Source: a virus
Lineage: Duplodnaviria > Caudoviricetes
DNA length: 43,341 nucleotides
IMG/VR virus record: IMGVR_UViG_3300032266_001037
Span: 1-43,341 of that record
Direction: 5' to 3' (one strand)
The stretch's first letter is position 1. The number at the start of each line of letters is the position of its first letter. This document shows, in pieces, positions 25,729 through 35,817 of this stretch. Under the pieces are notes generated by a model. It did not search any database. It was given only the letters and a program-made list of their open reading frames with translations, and had not been told where the DNA came from. The position numbers were made by a program, and so were the translations under genes.

Positions 25729-27668
25729 TGGACAGATTAATTAAGACCAGGCTGCCAACAGACACAAAAGGAAAAGAGGATGTAGAGATACTCCATACCT
25801 TAAGAACACTGTTGGAGTCTTGGAAGTCATCTAGAAGCCAACTAGATGCCCATTGGAAAGAGTGTTGGGCGAATTACTTTGGAACACCTAACGCTCAAGA
25901 TTGGATACGGTCGAACGCGCTTAAACAGACCGTTGGAGACATCGCTGTAGATTGGAGACATCACATCTCCCAAGGTAAAGCCTACGATATTGTAGAAACT
26001 GCTATTCCTTATTTCAAAAGCGCGTCTTTTCCAAATGAGGATTGGTTCGACCTTGTTCCTACTTATCCATTACCCGATGAGAGTGGGGATACTCGAACTT
26101 ACCTGAGAGGACTAAAGGAATTTATTAAAGGGAAATTAGATGAGTCTCGATTTAAGTCTATATGGGAGATTTTCTTAAGGCAACTCTGTATCACGGGTAC
26201 ATCTTGCATCTCTATGCCTTGGAGGACAGAAACACGCGCGTCTACTCAAACCGTGTTATCGGATGTAGGGGACAAAAAGGATATCCCGGTAACAAAGGTC
26301 ATCAAAAATTCTCCAGATATGGCAGTAGAGGATATGTTGGATATCTGGGTTGACCCTGATTCAGACGACCCAAACCGCGCGAATATGATTAGACGATTCA
26401 CGCTACGTCGAGGTGAGTTGGTAAGGCTAGTAGAACAAGGGGTTTATCCCAAAGCAAACCTATCCATACTCAAATCTATCAATGCGTTTAGGAGAGGACG
26501 TAACTCAGACCGCGCGGATATTGATAGCTTCTCTTATGGGAACACTTCCTCACTGTCTACTGACGTTATTGAAGTGTATGAATTCTGGGGGAATCTAGAA
26601 CTATCCTCTGTCGAGTATTACGATGTCATTGTAACTTGGGTTGGGGATGTGCTTTTGAGGGTAGAGACCTCTCCTTATATGGGTGGAAGACCATTCGTTT
26701 TCGCACAATACACTCCGATACCAGAAACACCTTATGGGTATGGAATGTTATCCCCAGTCCTAGGGAATCTGCATGAGTTAGATACACTATCCAATTGTCG
26801 TCTGGATGGCCTGGATGTGACCCTACAGCCTACCTTCCTAGTTGTGAATGATGGGACGGTAGACCCCAATGATGTGTTTGTTAAACCCGGTCGTGTTATC
26901 CCTGTAGCTAACCCTGACAGCATTAGACCCCTGATTGTAGATAACCAATTCCAATCAGTCTCTATATCAGAAGAACAACTACGGGAACAGTTAATCGAAC
27001 GTCGGACAGGCACAGGCACTTTTGTAGGGACTGCTCCTGGTAGAAATGGGGATAGGGTAACTGCTGCAGAAGTAGAAGCAATAACCTCAGCAGGGGGGAA
27101 TAGATTATCAGGTGTTTATGAGAATATCGAACGACAGGCTCTACTGGAAATCATCCAACGTTGCTACAACTACTGCCAACAATTTCAAGAGTTTCCTGAA
27201 ATAGTCCCAGTCACGGGGTTAGATAGCGCGGAGATACTCTACCTTCAGATTGGTGCAGAACAACTTATTCACAATATGTCTGTAACCCCCATTGGGTCTA
27301 AACACATTGCAGATAAGGAATACAACACGCGCCAACTAATGTCTTGGTTAGCGGCAATCAACAGTACACCAATGATACAGCAGTATATTAATTGGATGGA
27401 AGTAGCCACGGAACTAACGAGAACCTTCATTCACAATAACCCGGATAGGTTTATCTCTGAACCACAACAGCAACCGGAGCAAAATCCCAACCCAATGGTA
27501 GACGCGGCACAACAAATCAACGGTGCCGATTTATCTAGGGGAATACAAACACAACAAATGGTAGATGGAGGAGCGCAACAAATGGCAGCAATCGCGTCTA
27601 CTATGCCCAATCAACCTACAGCACTAACACCACAACAACAGTATGCCCAACAACAACCCATCCAATGA
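25728..27668 (+). CDS. Portal (head-tail connector) protein
   Basis: 646 aa following terL; PYGYG, PGRVI and TAAEV motifs typical of podovirus portals; Gln-rich tail. Confidence 0.9.
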   Translation: MDRLIKTRLPTDTKGKEDVEILHTLRTLLESWKSSRSQLDAHWKECWANYFGTPNAQDWIRSNALKQTVGDIAVDWRHHISQGKAYDIVETAIPYFKSASFPNEDWFDLVPTYPLPDESGDTRTYLRGLKEFIKGKLDESRFKSIWEIFLRQLCITGTSCISMPWRTETRASTQTVLSDVGDKKDIPVTKVIKNSPDMAVEDMLDIWVDPDSDDPNRANMIRRFTLRRGELVRLVEQGVYPKANLSILKSINAFRRGRNSDRADIDSFSYGNTSSLSTDVIEVYEFWGNLELSSVEYYDVIVTWVGDVLLRVETSPYMGGRPFVFAQYTPIPETPYGYGMLSPVLGNLHELDTLSNCRLDGLDVTLQPTFLVVNDGTVDPNDVFVKPGRVIPVANPDSIRPLIVDNQFQSVSISEEQLREQLIERRTGTGTFVGTAPGRNGDRVTAAEVEAITSAGGNRLSGVYENIERQALLEIIQRCYNYCQQFQEFPEIVPVTGLDSAEILYLQIGAEQLIHNMSVTPIGSKHIADKEYNTRQLMSWLAAINSTPMIQQYINWMEVATELTRTFIHNNPDRFISEPQQQPEQNPNPMVDAAQQINGADLSRGIQTQQMVDGGAQQMAAIASTMPNQPTALTPQQQYAQQQPIQ

Positions 27669-28206
27669 AAAAACGCCCATCAATCGCACTCAATACCCTA
27701 CCGGAGCAGAATTACCGTTAGAGAGCAAACCAGAAGATGGAGACACAACGGAAGCAAGCGCGGAAACTACAGAGCCTACCCCGGAGGTTACTATTCCCGA
27801 AACGGAACAGGAAACGGAACAACAATCCGATAGCACTGATGATAAACCTGAAGTAGACGAGTACACAACAAAGGTAGTTGAGTCCTTAGATAGTGTCCTT
27901 AATGAACGCGCTGGTGTAGACCTTAATGGGGTGATTGAGGCATTAACAGAGTTACTACAGTGGCGTAACGATATTCTGGCAATGGGGCTGTCACCAGAAC
28001 CAGAACAATTAGACACCGCCCTCCCAGGGCGTGTCCCAAGAACTGGTACGGTTCAGAGGTCTACAGGTAGGAATCCTGTACCAACTGGTCGCTCGAACTT
28101 TGATTACTCACTTTCCCAAATAAACTCTATGAGTACTAAAGAATATGAATCGCAGAGGGAATCTATCCATAAAGCATTCTTGAGCGGTCGTGTTTTGAAA
28201 GATTGA
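27643..28206 (+). CDS. Capsid scaffolding protein
   Basis: Acidic disordered N-terminus; C-terminal INSMSTKEYE...I.KA..SGRV; sits between portal and capsid. Confidence 0.8.
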   Translation: MPNNNPSNEKTPINRTQYPTGAELPLESKPEDGDTTEASAETTEPTPEVTIPETEQETEQQSDSTDDKPEVDEYTTKVVESLDSVLNERAGVDLNGVIEALTELLQWRNDILAMGLSPEPEQLDTALPGRVPRTGTVQRSTGRNPVPTGRSNFDYSLSQINSMSTKEYESQRESIHKAFLSGRVLKD

Positions 28207-28236
28207 TAATATACACACAAAACGGAGATTAAAAAT

Positions 28237-28290
28237 ATGACTATTCGTGGAGATATGTTTGGACTATCAGATGTCCAGGTCTTTGTCCCT
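28237..28290 (+). CDS. Major capsid protein, exon 1 (MTIRGDMFGLSDVQVFVP)
   Basis: ACGGAG SD; joins exon 2 in frame to rebuild the conserved capsid motif FVPEIWS. Confidence 0.9.
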
Positions 28291-28877
28291 ATTTAGTTTT
28301 GGGGACGTTAAACTTCTACTGAATAACTGGAAAATGCTATGATGCACAACCAGAGGGAACACGAAAAAACCAAAACACGTAGTTCGGGTAATAACCTATG
28401 AAACGTTTATCTTGGAAGTATATCGCAGGTTTGATAGATGGCGAAGGTTGCTTGGATGTAATCGTATCTAAGGATAGATACATCCGTCCTAGAGTAAGAG
28501 TATGTCTAACAGAATCTAGTAAGTTTTTACTAGATATGTTATATGAAAACTTTGGTGGCGGTTTATACTATCGCCAAGGTGGTGCAACCTGGAATGGAAG
28601 TTATAGTTGGGAACTGTCAGGGTATAAACCCGTATGTATGTTCCTACGAAACATCCAAAATCACTGTTATATCAAACAGGAACAAGTCAGATTTCTGCTA
28701 TGGTCAGAAACAAACATAAAGGGTAAATGGCTTGACGTAATTGTCAGAGATACCTTTATAGATGAACTTAAAGCGATGAAACGTGACCCGCACAGACTAA
28801 GTGTAGAAGCGGTTGCCAATGTGATTAAAGCAATGGAAAACCGAAGCGATAGTCGGATATCCAATGATGGATAGTTG
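28291..28877 (+). ncRNA. Group I self-splicing intron, 587 nt
   Basis: P1 GUCCCU/GGGGAC with U-G at the 5' splice site; P3 CTTCTAC(28313)/GTAGAAG(28803); P4 CTGG/CCAG; P6 GGGAACACG/CGTGACCC; P7 GACTA(28795)/TAGTC(28850); P9 TATCCA/TGGATA; terminal omega-G at 28877. Confidence 0.93.
28398..28874 (+). CDS. Intron-encoded single-motif LAGLIDADG homing endonuclease
   Basis: YIAGLIDGEGC at the N-terminus, then L.ENFGG and IKQEQ (I-CreI-like layout); 158 aa. Confidence 0.93.
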   Translation: MKRLSWKYIAGLIDGEGCLDVIVSKDRYIRPRVRVCLTESSKFLLDMLYENFGGGLYYRQGGATWNGSYSWELSGYKPVCMFLRNIQNHCYIKQEQVRFLLWSETNIKGKWLDVIVRDTFIDELKAMKRDPHRLSVEAVANVIKAMENRSDSRISNDG

Positions 28878-29798
28878 GAAATTTGGTCAACGGAAATTAT
28901 GCGATATCGCCAAGAAGATTTGGTGTTCGCAAAATACGTCAAGAAAATTCCATTCGTGGGTAAATCTGGAGATTTACTCAGGCTACCTAGAATTTCTCGT
29001 TTAGGGGTTAAGAGCAAGGCAGCAAAATCACCCATAGAATATCAAAGCGTAACCGACACCCAATGGTCTATTACCATCGACCTTTATAAGTATGCGGCTA
29101 CGATGGTAGAGGATGTCGTAGAGATTCAGTCTCATACCTCTCTTCTATCCGAGTACACCAAAGAGTTATCGGCTGCACTCGCACGTGACCTAGACCTAGC
29201 ATTACAGGCGGAACGCGCGGCAATTATTGGTGCAGATTCTACTCACCATGTGACCTCAACGGCACCTATTTCACGCGCGGAAATCTTAGCGGCAATTGAA
29301 ATCTTAGACCGTGAGCGTGTTCCACAAGAAGGACGTACACTTATTGTTAGTCCTGCCCACTATGCCTCACTACTGGCTATTGACTCGTTTGTCAGCCATG
29401 TTTATGTAGATAACAGCCCTGTAGTTTCGGGTCAGATTGGTACATTGTATGGAATCCCAGTTGTCGTCTCTAATTACCTTGGAATTAATAGCGCTACTGG
29501 TTTATACAATGGGGATAATGACCCTGCACCTAGCCCAACCCCAGGTATGTCTGGTTCCTTGTATTACCCCACGCAGGAAGATGGAACAGTAACCGCGTTA
29601 ACGGCTAACTATTATTCGTCTATCCTCCTACATCGGGATGCAATCTGCCTTGCTATGCAGAAAATGCCTAGTGTGCAAAGTGAGTACGACCTAGACTATT
29701 TGGCATCCAAAGTAGTCGCATCTCAACTCTACGGGATTAAACTGTATCGTCCTTCGCACGCTGTAGTGATTTCGTCGGACGAGGACGGACTTATCTAG
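28878..29798 (+). CDS. Major capsid protein, exon 2 (spliced product 324 aa)
   Basis: EIWS...GDLLRLP...ITID..KY...VP.EGR.LIVSP..Y..LL...GQIG.LYGIPV..SN...LYG.K.YRP, a podovirus HK97-fold pattern. Confidence 0.93.
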   Translation, partial: EIWSTEIMRYRQEDLVFAKYVKKIPFVGKSGDLLRLPRISRLGVKSKAAKSPIEYQSVTDTQWSITIDLYKYAATMVEDVVEIQSHTSLLSEYTKELSAALARDLDLALQAERAAIIGADSTHHVTSTAPISRAEILAAIEILDRERVPQEGRTLIVSPAHYASLLAIDSFVSHVYVDNSPVVSGQIGTLYGIPVVVSNYLGINSATGLYNGDNDPAPSPTPGMSGSLYYPTQEDGTVTALTANYYSSILLHRDAICLAMQKMPSVQSEYDLDYLASKVVASQLYGIKLYRPSHAVVISSDEDGLI

Positions 29799-29823
29799 TC
29801 TGGAGAGAATATTCTAAACCCTT

Positions 29824-29859
29824 ATAGGGTAGGGTAAATTTTCACCCTACCCTATTTTT
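29824..29859 (+). terminator. Terminator after the capsid gene
   Basis: TAGGGTAGGGT / ACCCTACCCTA stem followed by TTTTT. Confidence 0.85.
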
Positions 29860-29879
29860 CGTATATTGGAGAAAAAACA

Positions 29880-30197
29880 ATGGCTCTCAATTACTATAGA
29901 AAATATCATGACGATTTCCATCCTGTAGGTTCACACACTCATAATGCTTCGTTAGGAACTGCTGTCACTCTAACAATTCCTAATGGGGCGAACGCGATTA
30001 TGATGCAATCAACTACGAATGATAAAGATATTAGGTTTACCATCGATGGTACAGTACCGACAAGCTCAAATGGTTTTGTAATGACTTCACATATAGACCC
30101 GCCACTACTTCTCAGGTTAGGTGATGGAGTTGTATTAAAGGTTATCGATGATGATTCGGGCGCTGCAATTGACTATCAATTCTTGAGGATTGAATAA
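29880..30197 (+). CDS. Small virion-associated protein, 105 aa
   Basis: GGAG SD; beta-rich with IRFTIDGTVPT..NG. Confidence 0.6.
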   Translation: MALNYYRKYHDDFHPVGSHTHNASLGTAVTLTIPNGANAIMMQSTTNDKDIRFTIDGTVPTSSNGFVMTSHIDPPLLLRLGDGVVLKVIDDDSGAAIDYQFLRIE

Positions 30198-30847
30198 TGG
30201 CTACATCCACTTCTACCCTATTAGAAGTCATCAATAGGGTACTCACCAACGCGAATGAGAGAACAGTGACCGCGTCTACTGACCCTGTTGGTTTGCAGGC
30301 TAAAGAGTCAATCAGAATGGCGCTGTTATTGTTATTTGGTACACGTCACTGGTCATTCACTCAAGTTAGGGGAGTAGCTACGAGTTGGATTACTCAACAA
30401 GCGACACTTCCTACAACTACAGTACAAATTCGTGGAGTGTCCTATAACGTAGGGGACGGTATTTTGATGCCCCTTAAATACCTACCTCCCATGCGTTTTG
30501 ACCAGTATGAACTTACTGCTGATACTACGGCATTACCCGCGCGTCCACTGTATTACACGATTAGAGACTACAACTTGGTAGATGTAAATCCTTACCCTAA
30601 TGATGCGGCTGAAAGGGCAAAGGTATTCTTCTACACCAAGTCTTATATTGCGCTTCCTGCAACTGATTCTGCTACATTTAGCATCCCTGAGTTTGATGTC
30701 AATTTGTTGGTTCTAAAAGCAACAGAGTTATTCACGAAACGGAATGACCCTGATTACATGGCAACTACTACAGAAGAGTTGGTTAGAGTACTTGCCGCGT
30801 CTACTACAATGCCTGCTACAGAATACTCACTAATTAGGAGCTATTAG
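30197..30847 (+). CDS. Tail tubular protein A (gp11-like adaptor)
   Basis: TLLEVINRVL..ANE and HWSF pattern; size and position. Confidence 0.75.
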   Translation: MATSTSTLLEVINRVLTNANERTVTASTDPVGLQAKESIRMALLLLFGTRHWSFTQVRGVATSWITQQATLPTTTVQIRGVSYNVGDGILMPLKYLPPMRFDQYELTADTTALPARPLYYTIRDYNLVDVNPYPNDAAERAKVFFYTKSYIALPATDSATFSIPEFDVNLLVLKATELFTKRNDPDYMATTTEELVRVLAASTTMPATEYSLIRSY

Positions 30848-30849
30848 AA

Positions 30850-33800
30850 ATGGTTGTGGCTGATTCCAAAGGGTTTTCCCCTATTCCGTTTAATGGAGGA
30901 TGGAATCCATCTGTCCCTCACACTAACCTCAAGCCAAATGAGTCGCCAGACATGATGAATGTCGTTATCAATAACGATGGATGTGTGGAGAAAAGGAAAG
31001 GATGTAAGGTTCTTGTAAACCGAAGTTCCGCAACACTAGGATATTATGGATTTACTTCTAGCGCGCCTTCATTGATAATTCCAATCCGAACATCAACTAA
31101 TATTAATCTTCTATTGGTTAGGAATGGAACGTCTCTTGTAGTGCTAGTTTATGAGCCAGCAACAGGGTATTGGTATCCAGATGCAGCGCCACTAGTAGAT
31201 ATATTTCCCGCGTCCTCATCGTCCTCCACTACCCCTTGGGACTTCACCGTGTTGCAAGAACAAGCATACACGCGGATAATGTTGGCGCATCCTAACTATG
31301 TGCCTATAAACATTGCGATTACATCTGGCTCAGGAGTAGCAACCTACACAGATTTAGGGGCAACTATTACAGCGGTAATTGCCACACCCCCATACATCAA
31401 TCAGAATTTTCTTAACGGTGGTTCTGCCCCAGTCATCTGGTTACACGACAATATCACTGTAGATAAACCCATTAGTATAGCCAAGGCTACTTATGATTGG
31501 AGCAATGCAACATTCACATTTACGGATATAGGTTTGACCCTACCCAATGGAGCGCATAATGTAACTTGGGTAGCAGTCACGGCAAATTTCTGCACAGAAT
31601 CTATCCTTCTCAAAGGGAATCAACTCGTAGATACGGTTGTTCAGAGTGTTTCATCTCCTCACATTCCAGTCCCCGCGAATTTGTTAAAGGATATCAGACC
31701 TTTGGGTACCTCTGTAGGACAGTATCCAATGCACGTGTATTCTTCAACCGCGTTCGATGCAAAACTAACTTATACTAATCCCCCCACTACTTCTGCAATG
31801 TGGTCACATTCAGCAGGTGATGGAGGCGCGCTCGTGGGTACTTCTCAATCCCCATCTACTCCATTCTGGATAACCATAGGGGCTAACGTTGCAACCGCGC
31901 GGACTTTGCTCATATCTCGAATGTATTGGATACCTTTTTCTGGGGGTAATGGTGCATCTCCCTATGCCACCAATACCCCTACAGCACCTAATGAAGCGAT
32001 TAACCTGACAACCGGGACACTGTTTACTCGTAACAATGCGGCAGGATTGCCTACTGCACCTCCATCAGAAGGGGGAGCGTCTACTGGGGTTACTGCTGGA
32101 GGGGGATATGCCTTAAGGAGTTTTGTGGGCGCGTTTACGACAGCGACTACTTCTTTCACTTACCCTGCTGTGAGAACTGGGGGAAGATTTTTGACCTTTG
32201 ACCAGACGGCGAACGCTACAGGAGGAGCATTCGGCAGCGCAATAAACGCGAATGATTGGTATTCATTCTCGGACACAGATGGGTACTATCTATACACGGC
32301 AGGATTTATAGGGAGCGCGTTCAATCCAGCGTCATTCTCTGGTAATGTGTCAACCGTACAGGGAGGATTCTTTGGTCTAGGTGGTACAAACTATCTTAGA
32401 TATAATGCGTACCCTATCGTAATGCCTTTAGCGCTTTACGGGATATTCGATTATGCGAACTACTACACAGGGTCATTCCCAGCGACCGTTAAAACCTTCC
32501 AACGTCGATTAGTGTTTGGAGGATTTAGAGATGACCCAATGTTATTGGCGATAAGTAATATCGATGACCTCGGAAGCGCTCAAGGTGCATTCTGTTGCAA
32601 CTTCCAGACCTATCTGCAATCTGATTACGGAGATTCATCTGGGTTGTCACTCACGCTACCTTCTAGCGCGGATGACAAAATCGTTGCGATGATAGAGCAT
32701 AACAATTCCCTTTTCGTGTTTACGAAATACAAAATATTTAGAGTGTTTGGTGCAGACGGTGTGCTTACCCCTACTAATGTTCAATACTCTGTTGTCGCAG
32801 GTATATCTTGTTTGAACTGTAGGTCTGTAAAAGTAATGGAAGGGAATATAGTATTCCTGGCGACTACTGGAGTTTATGTTATTACCCCAGATAACACAGA
32901 GTCAGGATACAATGTCCAAGATATTTCTGGTTCTATCAAAGCCCCTTACACGCGCCACATCAACGCGCCATCCTCTAATGCGTTTATTGTGTATGACACG
33001 GGACGTAAACGACTATACGTGTCAATGAAAGAGACACATGGTTCATTAACCTATCAGGTAATGTATGTCTACTTTCCCGTGTTCAATTGTTGGACGCGCT
33101 TTTCTGTGGATGGAATGGGCTTTCCAGTGACGGCAGGATGTTCTTTGTCTTATACAGACACGGCAACAGAATTACCAGACATCATATTCCAAGCGCAATT
33201 CACAAGTACGGCGAATAACCATAGATTTATATCTATGGATTCTAGGTATGACTATGACTTGATTGGTTGTGTTAAGTATCCATCTGCGTCTATTACTTGG
33301 GCAATAGAACCAGGAAAGTGTGTGTGGACGTGTAGTACTTCTAAGAACTACTGGTTTGATAGACCTACGAGCGCGCCAGTATCTATTGGGTATATGCCTG
33401 TTCCCATCACAAACCACAATGATTTTAATCTGTGGTATGAGACAGGAGTGGGCGCTGGTACGTTTACAAAATTAGTGTTCGGTACAGATTATATCAAGAC
33501 TCGCAGGGGGATTAGGTTAACGAGCGCGCCTCAATCTGGACGTAAACTGTATGCACAGATGAAAATGGATGCAGATAGTACTGCAACATACAACGTGCTA
33601 CCAACCGTGTTAGTCCAAAATGGTGTGACCTATCTTCCTAACCGTAATTTCGTGGCAACGGCAAGCGCGGCTAATGAAACCTACACAGCTAAATGGGATT
33701 TTACAGGAACACTTACTCCTGACACGACTAACCCTTGCTACTACGGGGCGGTATTCACATCATGGGTAACTACACCTGCTGTGACAGGAGATACCTTAGG

Positions 33801-34173
33801 CACTAAGAACGTCAAACACATCATCCTCTATTTTGATAATGAGAACATTCTCCAGTACACAGACCAAAGGGTTAATTTGCACATCGGGATTATGTTCAAC
33901 GATACCAACACAGGATATGAGCAGACAGACCTATATGGATTAGAACAATCAGACAGCGGCACAGGGTTATGGTTCCAATCTGACCTTTATGGTGAGCAAC
34001 AGGACAAACCCTACAGCAGGGTGATGATTCCTATCGTAGGCAATGGTGAAGTAATCAACGCTATTCTGTTCACTGATAAACCTACCGTGTTTAAGTTGGT
34101 AGGGTATGAGTGGGATTATGACCAGACAATCAGACAAGGATTTTCATATTCAGAGAGAGGAGCTTTAAGGTAA
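30850..34173 (+). CDS. Tail tubular protein B (gp12-like nozzle)
   Basis: N-terminal FNGG...MNV.I...G.VEKRKG; FQRRLVFGG and LFVFT propeller-like segments; 1107 aa with a large G/T/A-rich insertion. Confidence 0.8.
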   Translation: MVVADSKGFSPIPFNGGWNPSVPHTNLKPNESPDMMNVVINNDGCVEKRKGCKVLVNRSSATLGYYGFTSSAPSLIIPIRTSTNINLLLVRNGTSLVVLVYEPATGYWYPDAAPLVDIFPASSSSSTTPWDFTVLQEQAYTRIMLAHPNYVPINIAITSGSGVATYTDLGATITAVIATPPYINQNFLNGGSAPVIWLHDNITVDKPISIAKATYDWSNATFTFTDIGLTLPNGAHNVTWVAVTANFCTESILLKGNQLVDTVVQSVSSPHIPVPANLLKDIRPLGTSVGQYPMHVYSSTAFDAKLTYTNPPTTSAMWSHSAGDGGALVGTSQSPSTPFWITIGANVATARTLLISRMYWIPFSGGNGASPYATNTPTAPNEAINLTTGTLFTRNNAAGLPTAPPSEGGASTGVTAGGGYALRSFVGAFTTATTSFTYPAVRTGGRFLTFDQTANATGGAFGSAINANDWYSFSDTDGYYLYTAGFIGSAFNPASFSGNVSTVQGGFFGLGGTNYLRYNAYPIVMPLALYGIFDYANYYTGSFPATVKTFQRRLVFGGFRDDPMLLAISNIDDLGSAQGAFCCNFQTYLQSDYGDSSGLSLTLPSSADDKIVAMIEHNNSLFVFTKYKIFRVFGADGVLTPTNVQYSVVAGISCLNCRSVKVMEGNIVFLATTGVYVITPDNTESGYNVQDISGSIKAPYTRHINAPSSNAFIVYDTGRKRLYVSMKETHGSLTYQVMYVYFPVFNCWTRFSVDGMGFPVTAGCSLSYTDTATELPDIIFQAQFTSTANNHRFISMDSRYDYDLIGCVKYPSASITWAIEPGKCVWTCSTSKNYWFDRPTSAPVSIGYMPVPITNHNDFNLWYETGVGAGTFTKLVFGTDYIKTRRGIRLTSAPQSGRKLYAQMKMDADSTATYNVLPTVLVQNGVTYLPNRNFVATASAANETYTAKWDFTGTLTPDTTNPCYYGAVFTSWVTTPAVTGDTLGTKNVKHIILYFDNENILQYTDQRVNLHIGIMFNDTNTGYEQTDLYGLEQSDSGTGLWFQSDLYGEQQDKPYSRVMIPIVGNGEVINAILFTDKPTVFKLVGYEWDYDQTIRQGFSYSERGALR

Positions 34174-34553
34174 TGGATATTGCTAAAAGATTGGTCAAAA
34201 TATCTAAGGATAGTGGCGGGGTTTGTGTGTACATCACTTCTGAATCTAAAGGATATGATGTCATCTACAACACAGTGAGTTATAAAGTATCGTCATTTTC
34301 CTCGGCAGAGTTAGTCGCGCTTACTCGAACGTTTCTTGCGCCTAATATCGGTATCCCTGATGGAGTTGCCGCATATCGCAAATCGGGTCAGTATGTTCTT
34401 GGTTCTCTAAGAACATTCCTATTGAGGACTGATGCAGAATCGTTTGCAATAGGTAACCGAGTGCAGTATATCTATGACACCAGCACTAACACAGCGATTC
34501 AGATAACAGATTATCAACCTAGTCTCCCCGGTGATGGGGCAGTAGAGGATTAA
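34173..34553 (+). CDS. Hypothetical virion protein, 126 aa
   Basis: TAATG-coupled ORF. Confidence 0.65.
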   Translation: MDIAKRLVKISKDSGGVCVYITSESKGYDVIYNTVSYKVSSFSSAELVALTRTFLAPNIGIPDGVAAYRKSGQYVLGSLRTFLLRTDAESFAIGNRVQYIYDTSTNTAIQITDYQPSLPGDGAVED

Positions 34554-34554
34554 T

Positions 34555-35817
34555 ATGGCAGCGGCAGTTCCACTCATCGGTATTGGTGCGAGTGTTATTG
34601 GTCAAGTTGCTGGGATGTCTCAACAACAACGACAACAACAACGACAAGCAGACACCAACAGCGAATTACAACTCCAAGACGCGCTTGCGGCAGAGCATCG
34701 GGCACAATTAGCCGTGCAACGATATGCACAGGTAAAACAAAGTGCCCAGTTACTACGAGACAGAGAGATGCAAATCATCTCCGCACAAAGACGCGCGGCA
34801 GACTTATCTATCGAACAATCAAAGTTAGAAAATAAAGCGAGTCAGATTAATAGTCAATACCAAGCATCCCAATTAAGAAACCAAGGTGCTGCTACCCTAC
34901 AAACCTCCCAACAAAACGCAGAATTAACCAGACAGAACGCGCGTAATTCTGTGTTCGACCTTAATATGGCAGCGTCCGACCAAGTTGGGCAAAACATTCA
35001 ACAGCAAACATCCTCTCAGAATGAATTATCCCAATCTGTTTTAGGTGGCGCGAATGCTCAACAGTTAGCAGGACAAGGGTTACAACAAGTCTCTCAATTA
35101 TCTGGGCAGATGGGGGCTACTGGTAAATCTACAACAGGGCAAACATTACAACAGAACGCCTTACTAGACGCTACATCCCAATGGGGCGCGCTCGTTGACC
35201 CAATGAATCAACAACAGGGTCAGTCTAGGTTTAATGCGGATATGGCGGCTAATTACACTGGGTTGGCTCGTACTAATGCGGACATTACTCAACGATATGG
35301 TCTAGGGTACATGGACTTGGCAAACCAATCTGCCAATAATATTTCTGCAATGGGCGCGCTCCAACAACAGGGGTATGGAATTGGGGCAGACACAATCTTA
35401 GGGCAACAAGGGTATGTTGACCAGCAACTAAACTATGCATCTACAAACCAATATCAAATAAACGCGCTTCAGGCAAAACGGAACAGAGTGGGGGTAAAAA
35501 CAGGATATCAACAGTCCCTATCTGAAGGTTCTACCAGTGCGCTTGCTGCCGTGATGCAAGAACGTGCGAATATTGCTAACGCCTATGCAAACCAACGGCA
35601 AGGTAACGCATCAGTACAGCGCGCGGGAATAGGAGATTATGCTGGAGTAGTCGCAGGGGGAATCATGGGAGCATACCAAGTTCTCTCACAACCCAGAGTG
35701 CAACAACAAACACAACCGAGAAATGTTTATGGGTTGTCTTCTCCAGGGTTACTCAATAATACGAATACGAATATGCCATCACCATCCTGGTCAGGAGTTT
35801 TGAATCGTTATGCCTAA
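34555..35817 (+). CDS. Internal virion/ejection protein, Gln/Ala-rich
   Basis: MAAAVPLIGIGASVIG N-terminus followed by Q-rich helices, like T7 gp14/P22 gp7-type proteins. Confidence 0.7.
   Translation: MAAAVPLIGIGASVIGQVAGMSQQQRQQQRQADTNSELQLQDALAAEHRAQLAVQRYAQVKQSAQLLRDREMQIISAQRRAADLSIEQSKLENKASQINSQYQASQLRNQGAATLQTSQQNAELTRQNARNSVFDLNMAASDQVGQNIQQQTSSQNELSQSVLGGANAQQLAGQGLQQVSQLSGQMGATGKSTTGQTLQQNALLDATSQWGALVDPMNQQQGQSRFNADMAANYTGLARTNADITQRYGLGYMDLANQSANNISAMGALQQQGYGIGADTILGQQGYVDQQLNYASTNQYQINALQAKRNRVGVKTGYQQSLSEGSTSALAAVMQERANIANAYANQRQGNASVQRAGIGDYAGVVAGGIMGAYQVLSQPRVQQQTQPRNVYGLSSPGLLNNTNTNMPSPSWSGVLNRYA

Noticed and set aside
28667-29035. Antisense ORFs across the intron/capsid junction and many other opposite-strand ORFs
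   Set aside because: Shadows of well-supported genes, with no SD or motifs.
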